Source: the human T2T-CHM13v2.0 reference genome, Homo sapiens
Direction: 5' to 3' (one strand)
Assembly: GCF_009914755.1 (NCBI RefSeq)
Contig: NC_060932.1
Length of the DNA: 64,000 nt
The notes under the pieces: generated by a model
The model's input: only the letters and a program-made list of their open reading frames with translations
Told to the model about the DNA's origin: nothing
The model's database searches: none
Made by a program: the position numbers and the translations under genes
In this document: one piece after another, positions 53,072-64,000 of the stretch
Layout of the letters: every line of letters starts with the position of its first letter
Numbering within the stretch: position 1 is the first letter of the stretch

Positions 53072-53286
53072 GAAGACAGTTCAGAGATTCAAAAACTCTG
53101 GATATCTTCCCGTTTTAAATATATATAATGTTGGCATGCATTTAGATAAATAACAATTTACAAATATACCTGTAAATTCAATATCAAGCCTTTATTAGGA
53201 AAGAAATCTATTTGAACATGTATATATGCTGTTATGGTAATTCAACTTGGAAGATTAAGCACTCTAGAAATAAAACCTAGTCATAT

Positions 53287-53891
53287 TGATATAGGAGTTA
53301 AGAAATCACTTAGGGAGAAAGTAAGGGACTAGGAGTCCTCGGTAAGACTTTTCTCTTTAATGAAAAGCAGCCCCAAATCGTTTCCTAACAATGAGCAGCT
53401 TGTAAAATCAAGCTGCAGACATAGACAAGCAAGCTCTCAGCTTGCACGGGTGAATGCCAGAAGGAACCAGGGCCTAGACATGTTCAAGATGGCGGCTCCA
53501 TCTTCCCTCCTCTTTGTCAGCCACGTGTAGAGTAAAAAGCAGACAAGATGGCACCGATCAACTGGAAAGCCCATTTGTGTTAAGATTAGGGCACGGCGGC
53601 CAGCCTTCCCCATGCTATGTAAACATCATCACTGATCAAACCAATCTGTGTTCCCTTCGTAGTAAATCAAACACCACCTTCTCCAGCCTGCCTATAAAAT
53701 CTGCTGTGGTCCCTGCCTCCCTGCTTTTTTGGAGGTGTCTCTCTGGAAAGGAATTGCTCTCCTCTCTCCGTTCTTCTGTCTATTAAACTTTCCTCTCCTT
53801 AACCCACCCACATGTGTCTGCGTCCTGAATTCTTTCTCAGTGACAGACAATGAAACCCAGGGTATATACTCCAGGCAAAGTAGCCGTTTCA
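53287..53891 (+). mobile_element. ERV1 solo LTR, LTR9-like
   Basis: TG...CA ends, 4-bp TSD ATAT (53283-53286 and 53892-53895), start tgatataggagttaagaa. Confidence 0.9.
53485..53787 (+). promoter_or_regulatory. LTR promoter and poly(A) motifs: YY1 site, E-box, TATA, ATTAAA
   Basis: CAAGATGGCGGC 53485-53496, CACGTG 53522-53527, TATAAAA 53693-53699, ATTAAA 53782-53787; activity not shown. Confidence 0.55.
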
Positions 53892-56800
53892 ATATTTTTT
53901 GTAAATGTTAGCCATTTTAACATGTGTTCCAGCAGACTGTTAAAAAAGTTTGTTGGGACTTTTAAAAATTGCAAGTAGATTTTGTTTTAGAGTGACAACT
54001 GAAACACGAATATGTTAATATATAAGTCATGTAGGTTTGCAGAGTAAGACAACAGTAGTACCACCTATATAAGAATTGAAATCCTTTTGCGTAGCAGATA
54101 AATTTTTTAAATCAGTTTTAAAAATGCATTCTAGGAGACATATGTAAGTAACAAATAATCTGTGAGATTTCTACTAAAATTCTGATTTCCTATCTATTAC
54201 CTTAAGATTATATAATGTAAGTGTAACTCAAACATAGCAGCAGTCATGCTGTGAAGATTATATACATATAGCACAGAAAACCCAAATCACATTTCTTACT
54301 CAGGAAAGCCCGAAGTTTCAGCACCTCAAATACAAAGAAATATTTACCACATATAGACATAGATAGCATGGAAGAAAGAAGGGAAATCGTTGAAAAGTAA
54401 GATCAGATAGCAGAAATGTAGATATGATAATGTGGTAGCTGTTTTTTCAGGAATGCTCCAAATTTAGCAGAACACTTACCACATGAGTAAACCATACCTG
54501 GTGCAAGGCAGTACTCAATTGTGAATGATCCTATTTGTAAGCTCCATATAAGTTAACAAACTTGCCTTTAAAGGCAAAAAAGCAACTTCACTTCATATTT
54601 TGTAGTTTTATAACTAAGATTCCATTATGTGTGATGGCACCAGATCTTGTTTTCACTTTGTCAATCTAGACACGAGTAAAGTTCCTCTTTTTGTACAGAA
54701 AACTGTTATTGTGTAACTAGTCCCACATATGCATCTAAGTGGAATTAATCTACACTTACGAGTATGTAAATAGAGCCAAGGATTCAGCTGGGTACTTTGT
54801 AAAAATAGACGCATAGTTATTTTTTAAAAAAAACAATGTTTATTCTGTTATTTATGAATTTTTTTTGTATTTACTGCTAGGTTGATATTGTTACTCAGCG
54901 TCAGAGAAAAACAGTCATACTCAAAGTCATCCTTAAAGCATAATATGAATATGACTTTGTATAAAGTAATATAATTTTGGAAATAGAAACAGTCACAGCT
55001 TTTCAAACAGACAGCTTGACATATACATCAGACTCATTAGATAAAATATGTCCTGGTATACTCTGCAGGTACAGCTATTAGCTAATCAAAATATACATTG
55101 CCAGGTAAATTCCCCAGGGCCTGAATTGTCAATCATAATTTGTCAGCTTTATAGGGAAAAGGAGGCTCACCACAATCTGATTCATATAATTAATTTTATA
55201 CAGTGTTCTATGGACAATAATAATGTAATATTTTAAATGTTGAAAATTCCAGTAACAAGTTAGCCTATTTAAGCAAGAGATTTTTTTGCAACTGACCTAT
55301 GATTACTCTTTTTATTTATTCATATCGTAACTTTAACCAAGTGGAAGGGAAATTTATTGTGGGATCCTGAATGCCAAATTCATTCCTAAATCAAATCTCT
55401 TACAGTTTAATCAATAAAATTACTGGGCAAGAGAGACTGTTTAAATTATTCCTAGTAATATAACACTGCAATTGGATTCTTTATTTGAATTTTCAGTTCT
55501 TCTATTAGTTTCAACATTTCATGGTGGTCTATTGATCCACAGCAAAGAACCTCTTATTAGAAACTGACCAACCAAACACAGACTCTGCCAACTCTGATCT
55601 ATGTTAATAGATCACTTACTTTACATCCTATTTCTACACAAGTTTTCAGGCCACTCATAATGGGGCAAGGAAAGACTATGTCTTTCAAAGCTAGTATTTT
55701 TCTCCATTGTGTATGCTTTCTGTCTTCATTTGGAAAAAAAACTAAATGATTTCGTGTCTTCTATTTTGTACCATATCACATGTGCCTTTCTCACATCATT
55801 AATTAGGAGGTTAGTATAAGATATGGAATGATAATGCATAATATTTGACTTTTAACCTTTCAGACTGTTTTCAGTTATATTACATCATGTTACCCTTAGT
55901 GGTGTTCTGCAAAATATTAGGCTAGTTGCTATTACACCTGTTATTATTATTTTATTTAAATATGAAAGACATATCTATTTTTACAATGCCCTCTTGGCAA
56001 GTATAGAGATAGTAGCAAAGCCAAGACTTCTGTTAAAAATGATTGCCTACTTTCATACTTCAGATCCAAGAAGATACTGAGCAATCTTTTAAGATGGAAA
56101 ATGAGGTGAATATCCTCGTATTTCTTTCTTCTCCATTTTCTTTAGTCATCCCTATAACGGAGAATTAAGGCAATGAGACCGGCTGAATTTGAAGTAAATA
56201 TAGCAGCAGAGTATCTATATTACCATGGTTACACTTGTTGACCTCATCCTGCTAGTTCTCAGAACTAGGTCCATGATTTCTAAGTGGTATGAATTTAAGA
56301 ACATTTTCTTCTTCATGAAGAAGCACATGGATTAAACACAACTTTCTGGGGTAATTTTCTCGGGGTCTCTCATAATATTGTTTTTAAATAAAATTTATCA
56401 TTTCGGTTTTAAACAAATTTTACACAGCTGTTATATAAACTCAAAGCCCTCTAATATGAAGGATCTTCCTACTCACTAGAAAAGGGCAATACTCATTTGA
56501 AGTCCAAGGATATTTGAGTGTAAACAAACAAATGATAATGCAGTAGCCAATCAATGAGAGTAATTCATTATAGTAGAAACAACTTAGTATTTTACATTCT
56601 CACTGAAACTTTCTGTAAGATTATCTCCTCTGACTCAACAACCAATAATTTTGTATCTTACTATGTTTGGGGAAGTCTTCATTATTGTTCTGAAGAGGTC
56701 ATGCAATGAAAAAGACTTCAGTTGAAGTTATCTTCAGAGAATCAGCCTTCCTCATTTTAACTAAGAACAGTAGTGCAGACCAGCATACACTATGTGCTTG

Positions 56801-57120
56801 GTGCCAAGAGGCAGCTAAATACAGTTTTTGAAAATATGTTGAAAACTGAATGGATACATAAATATCATCAATCGGTCTGAAGGCAGCATATGTTTTGGTT
56901 AACAGCATAGACCCTGAAGGAAGACTGGGGGGTTTCAAAACCTCTCCCAAGGTGCCAGCTCTGTGACCTTGGATAAGACTTTACCCTTTTATCATGTCAG
57001 TGGAGATAATAGCAATACTCACCTTTTAAGATGCGTTGATTCAATTAGTTAATAAAATTATTGATAACACTATATATCATATATTAGTCATATTTATGCT
57101 TGTTAAATAAATACAATTAA

Positions 57121-57442
<322 letters not shown>

Positions 57443-57592
57443 TCAATTTGATACATATTGTTCTTTGCTCTCGTCTTGAAGAGCACATAAGTAGAGTCAC
57501 ATAAATGATAAAAATTAAAATACAACTCCTATTTGAACAATTAAGATACTAATATTACTCCATAGTAATTTTGACAGTAGTACTATCTATTA

Positions 57593-57913
<321 letters not shown>

Positions 57914-58824
57914 CTATTAGCAATAATTACTGCGATGTTATTTTTACATCGTTGCATGCAGGCTCACCATACTCCTTTTAGTAGATTTTATATTTCTACT
58001 TCTAAAAATAAGGAAACTAATGCCTGTAAATGGTAAATAATCAGACTAACTGCCATTTATCTGGGCTGCTTTGGGTAAATTTTGTATCATTTACAAGTTG
58101 AACAAATGAAACAAAAACTTGGAGTGCATTTTAGCTTCTGACACTGTGGAGGGCTGGGATTGCTGCCTAGTGGAACAGGATGCCAGACACTCTGGAGAAG
58201 AGCCTTAGAAGATCATCATAACCCAAACTGAAGTAGTGCTATAATAAGATTTCAAAGTGGCAGCTAATGATTCATGGATCACATGCCAGCAAATCTGTCA
58301 CTTCAGATACCACTGTCTGCCTTACAAAGAAAGCTAGACAACCTGTTCAAATGCACTGTTTTTATCAAAAAGTTCTGAGCCACTTACAAAGACTGCATTT
58401 AAAGGGACGAAATGTTTAATGGAGTTGGGATAATAAAAACATAGGAAGTCACACATCCAATAAAAATAATAATAATTTAGAGAGAAGCAATACAAAGACA
58501 GCTCCATAGACTGGAGGGTAAGTCAAAGATGAATTTGAGGAAAAAAAGATAAGATGGTAACAGATTAAGAAGATATCATAGAGGAGGCTATTAACATGCC
58601 TAAGCCATATAAACTAAATAAGGAAGAACAAATGGAGATACGAGAGATTTAAAAATATTATAGACTTTCCCTAAAACTGTAACAGGAATTACTTTTAATA
58701 TAGTTAACTATCATTAGGATACTTAATTTATACCTAATTGTATTTGTTTAACTCATTCTAAAATAGATAGTTGAGAGTTTATTCTGGGAGGTTTCATTAA
58801 GAATTATTTGTAATAGCATTGCTA

Positions 58825-59235
58825 TAGTGGCACTGTGCTGGGCACCGCATGCCTGAACCAGAATTGAAACAATCATTTTCCCAGCCATCAGCATAGTGGC
58901 TTCTACGCTCAGAACATTGAGACATTGACCTTGACTGCAGGAAGCTATCTCACCCAAGATCACAGTAGTGTAGCCCATATGCAATAGTGTTGGATTTAGG
59001 GTAAAAAGGTCCAACCCTTTTATCTTCATGAGGGACCATCCTAAAGAACTATCCCAGCTTCAGAGCTTGCAGTGGAGTGGTTGAGGACTGTTGCGATTGG
59101 ATTAGGCTTCAAGCTCTGAATCTTCTCAACTCAGCTTCCCGCATTCCCTTAAGAAAGCTTCCCAAGAGCAGCCCCAAACAATGCTCCTACTTTCAAATCT
59201 CCACATCAATGCCTCTCCTTCAGACCTAAAATGAT
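58825..59235 (+). mobile_element. Old ERVL LTR16-class LTR
   Basis: atcccagcttcagagct...ggttgagg and caaatctccacatca motifs. Confidence 0.55.
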
Positions 59236-59264
59236 CTATGAGGTTGTCAAAGTTCTCCTGATTA

Positions 59265-59470
59265 GTATAGTGGTTAGATTTTGAACCCTGAAGTCAGACT
59301 AATTTGAGTTCAAATATCAGTTCCTCACAATCTGTGTGATTTCAGGCAACTTCTTCATTAGAAAATGGGGAGAGCAATGACCCCTATCTATCAAGTTGTA
59401 AAGATTAAAGGGCATAATACATTTTTATAACATAAATGCTTAGTTAATAAATATTCAATAAATGTCATCT
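59265..59470 (+). mobile_element. MIR
   Basis: tgaagtcagac...tgagttcaaat...tgtgtgatttcaggcaa...aaaatgggg. Confidence 0.7.
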
Positions 59471-60396
59471 AATTTTATTATCTATGCTTATTTAAATCCC
59501 CATTTAAAAAAAAAAAAGAAATAAGCTACTCAGTGGGCATTTGCTCTCCTAGAAAAACAACTCCAATCAGCCATCGGAATGCTCAAAGTATAAATAGTAG
59601 TAGCCAGAATTTGCTTGTAATGGAATTGCACAAGTCCCTGACATCATTTTACAGATGTAAAGTTAGTAACAGTCAAAAAATTGAACATCTGCTGTGATGA
59701 CAACTTTGTGTTTTTTCCATAGATTTTATTACAATTTAGTAAAAGTTCACTCCTTATATAACCCGACTTTTTTCAATTAATGGCGACTTTAGAAAAGTAA
59801 GGGATGGTGTGAACAACTGAAAGACAAGATAAGAAAATAAAAGTGAAATGGTGTTAAGCAATTCGTATGATTTTTACATACCAAGCAACAGTAATCTATG
59901 AAAACGTGCTTTATATAATGCTACAGAATAAAGCAATATTTCTGGTGGTTTAAGAATATTCAAATCACTTTTTATTTATGTGAATACCCTTGATTTTATT
60001 TTCCTTACCATCAAATGTTGATGGAACTTGAAGCCAAGCCAAGTGGTGCTTAATCCCTGCTTTAGCTGCTTGATTTCAAATATCCCTTAGTCAGCTTCAG
60101 ACCTTGGGGAAGGGAACCAGCTGTGTAAAAGATGATGCAGTAGCAGCTGGAGAAATACCACAAGCAGAAAATGACTGCGTACGACTGTCCTTCCTTGTGA
60201 AATAGGTGTAGGCACTTATTCTTGGGCTAACCATGTCTTATAAAATATATGTGATACTGAAGGATTAAAGACAGTCTTTCAGTAATACTGCTTTCAAACT
60301 AAAAACATCATGCACTCAGATGTGCTTACAGAAAAAAATTATTTATATAAATAAATATTGAGAAAACAGTGATTCGAGTGAATATGGGCTACCTAA

Positions 60397-60570
<174 letters not shown>

Positions 60571-61812
60571 TAGATTCTCAATAGAACTTCACCTTGAGAA
60601 TCATGAATACAAAAACACTTACAAATGAAATAGTTTGGGGTATTCCACTAGACCAAGGGATATAAAGCAATCTAAGATATGATTCTAATCTTCTAAAGCA
60701 TTTTTGCATACATTCAAGATAAAATAACAATTCAGTGCAATATATACATATTAGAGATGGAGACCAAAACAAATGTTACCATAAAAGGAAGTAAATACTC
60801 AGTTACAAAAATCCTGGGAAATCAAGGAACATTTCTTAGGAGAATTATATTCCACTGATTTATGTATTTTACATTCAACCACAGAGGAAGACATTTTCTC
60901 ATAAAGTTTTCTCATCAGTTCTTAGCATTGACTGCAGTACTTTTATAATTGAATGATGAGCTTCTACACATTAGGTTTTGCCTTTGTTTTGCACACATAT
61001 TTGAATTTTTTTAAAGGGCAATTACATGTGTTTTCCTAAACTGAAATTTTACAGCTAGTGTCTGCAAAGTCATCTCCTGACAGGAAAAAGAAACTATGAG
61101 CTCAAGTAAAATTGTCCAAAAACTTCAGAGTACAGATTTGGTTCCTCTACTCTCACCAGCAAAACAGCACTGGCTTCTAGAAGACACTGGCCAGTGTAGG
61201 CAGCCTTTATTCTACTTTGACTCAATGGAATGGTTGCTATTATCTATTTCAATATTTCTAATAAGATGGAAATTTTTTCCATTGAGTGCATGTATTTCTA
61301 CTAAAAATACACAAATTTACCTTCCTTAATATTCAGAGAATAAGAAATGAGCCTCTCTGGAAGTAGATAACAGAAGTCGGATGTGCAGAGACAATGTAGA
61401 GATGGTATCAGTTAACTGAACTGAAATGGTTCCCATAGTATTTGCTTTTTATAGAGATTTTTTTACACAGTTACGAAATGTACGAAACTCCCAGGACACA
61501 TATATTCATGGTGTCCCTATCTGTTCAATTAATTAAAAATCACTTCAAGATTTCTTCTCTACTTCACTGCATAAGGTAAGGGAATTCAAATGCAAAGAAC
61601 AATTTAAAGTACATTGGAAACATAAAGTTGCATGGAATTTATATCACAGGAGAACAATTGTTGCTGTTTAGTCAAAAGCTCATTCTTTGCCGTATGCTTA
61701 GAGGCTATTGTTTATTTTTTAAATTCATGTTTTTAAATTGTATTTTATAATCATCAGTACAGCTGGTGATTCTGCTACAAGCACAACTAAAATGAAATTA
61801 CAGACGTTCAAC

Positions 61813-62343
61813 TGTAGGGATCCATTGAGAACCCCAGAGTTGGTACGAAGATTATTTTGAATGCAAGGGATTTGAGATTCAACAAATACAGAAAGAAGCC
61901 TTCTCAGAGCTTCCCTTATGTGACAAAAGGCAGCAACTTCTGGAAAATAAGGCTGTCATAAATTACTCCCAGGACAGAGACAGAGGGTAAACCTTCCCTA
62001 AATCCCCTCTTAAGGGGAGTTTCATGGTTGTGATGAAGGCAGTAAAGCCACTCGCACCTGCATAAATGAACATCACAAGTTTTTGTCTCACGTTTGTTCT
62101 AAAAATCCTTTAGTCTTTAAGAAAACCTATTTGTTGTTCCCACAGTAGTGTTTTCATTTCTTTTCTTTCTCCTACTAATGTATATAAGCCTCTAACTTTA
62201 AGCATTTAGTAAGCTAGTTACATCTTCTGTTAGTTCCTGTATAGAAATGAAGTTTTTCACTCCTGTTAATCTATGGTTTGTCAATTACTTTGTAGACCTG
62301 CTGTAAATGAACCCAAGAAGGCAGAATAAAATGTTTTCCTACA
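61813..62343 (+). mobile_element. ERV1 solo LTR (MER34/MER89 class)
   Basis: TG...CA ends; gattattttga, agaaagaagccttctcagagcttccctt, tatataag, ctcctgttaatct. Confidence 0.75.
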
Positions 62344-62758
62344 TGACACTAGAGATGAAAGCACCTAATAAGATTTCAAATGTCAACTATAAGGATATTA
62401 CAGAAAATTAGCTTTGTTAAAAGCAAAATCCATTAATAGGTTTTATATTTTGTGGTATTCTTTAATAAAGGTGAATAACTTAAATTATCATGAATAAGTA
62501 CAAAAAAAAAAGCACGCCTTCCTATTTACATCAGAAGCTTATCCACATATTTCTAGATTTTTTAACATGGAAAAACTAGTGTTCATGGTGGGCAATGTTT
62601 GTTAGTGACATTTATTTAGCATTTACTTTCTATAAAAATGAATTTCAGAAAGATAGTAATTAGATAAATTCCCCAAATATTTTTCAACATAGTAAACTGA
62701 GTTTGAGGCTAAAAAACACAAAATGTTAAAAGTTTGATTTGTTAAATAGTCATATTAA

Positions 62759-63146
<388 letters not shown>

Positions 63147-63556
63147 TAAGTTTAAAAGTCAATTTTCTTTTGTAATGCATACGTATACCACAAACTGTCT
63201 TAATATGGTCTCTATCACTGTCGAAGACAAAATTTTCTTTTGAGTAGACTATTATTCTAATTCACATAGCATTTCTTATGGCTTAGTTTATTAATATGTT
63301 AATTTCTTAATATTTTATTGCATTGTACTCACAGCATGGGAATCCCGGAAAAAGGAAAGGACAATTGCATGCTAACAGTTTTGTCCTTTATATTTATGTA
63401 CTAAGAATGAAAATGTCCAGGACTTGACCTAACAGAGTAATTTATAACAAGATGCTTCTTAAAGGCTAAGTTTTCATTCTCAAGGAGATGCATTGCCTAT
63501 AAACAGATAGGCAGAAATTCTGGAGACCTACAGCTTGCCCGTGTGGGTTGAAAAGA

Positions 63557-63603
63557 CATTAAGTGTAATGGCAAAAACCACAATTCCTTTTGCACCAATC
63601 TAA
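63557..63603. mobile_element. Half MADE1 (Hsmar1-derived MITE)
   Basis: taatggcaaaaaccacaattccttttgcaccaatctaa matches one MADE1 arm; the other arm is missing. Confidence 0.85.
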
Positions 63604-64000
63604 CGAATCCTTCAAGAAGCATCCTATGCCAGATCCAGTGTGGCAAGGTTTGAGTCCCTCAGACACGACAATACTTTCAATTTCCAGGGTTTGATCTGGC
63701 TTCACTTTTTCATTGCTGTACCAGATGGACAGGAAAAGGACAGACAATCAATTCCATGTCCCTTATTTTCCATAAGCACCAGAGAAGGAAACTAAGGTCT
63801 GATAAGAAGGGATACCTTGGGAATTTAGAAAAAAAAAATGCATAAAAGGAAGCCTACCTACTTTGGACACATTTTATGGGCAGAATAGTGACAACAGGGC
63901 AGAGATGTTGTTTTTTACACTGTTGAATAGCAACAGTATGATTTGTAAACAGATAGCTGAAGTACACATTATCTCAGTGAGTCTTAAAGTTAACTATGTG

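Noticed and set aside
63557-63603. Possible miR-548-type hairpin
   Set aside because: Only one MADE1 arm survives, so no long hairpin can form.

Overview
AT-rich primate (human/ape-like) nuclear DNA, judged from its Alu J/S and L1PA elements. It reads as intronic or intergenic sequence: I recognise no intact protein-coding gene, structural RNA gene or CRISPR array, and most ORFs in the track come from microsatellites, Alus, decayed L1 ORF2 or Tigger1 transposase. Repeats are dense in the first ~37 kb (5'-truncated L1PA with nested Alus, two 5'-inverted L1s, Tigger1, MaLR/ERVL LTRs, L2, MIR) and sparser from ~38 to 56 kb. The best lead lies in that repeat-poor part: a colinear minus-strand series of splice-site-flanked, phase-compatible exon-like segments (about 53.1 to 38.5 kb). 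One carries a Dbl-homology-like motif and the frames are broken by premature stops, so this may be a decayed unitary pseudogene or fossil-derived lncRNA. It overlaps a plus-strand exon pair beside an LTR9 solo LTR. This hypothesis is unverified and could be chance. Better supported are several DNA-repair or template-switch scars: an Alu fragment patched into an L1 deletion, an internal L1 fragment captured in an LTR, a perfect 24-bp-arm palindrome at the Tigger1 break, local duplications and an inverted Alu tail. Subfamily calls and consensus comparisons are from memory, not from a search; boundaries of old repeats are approximate.
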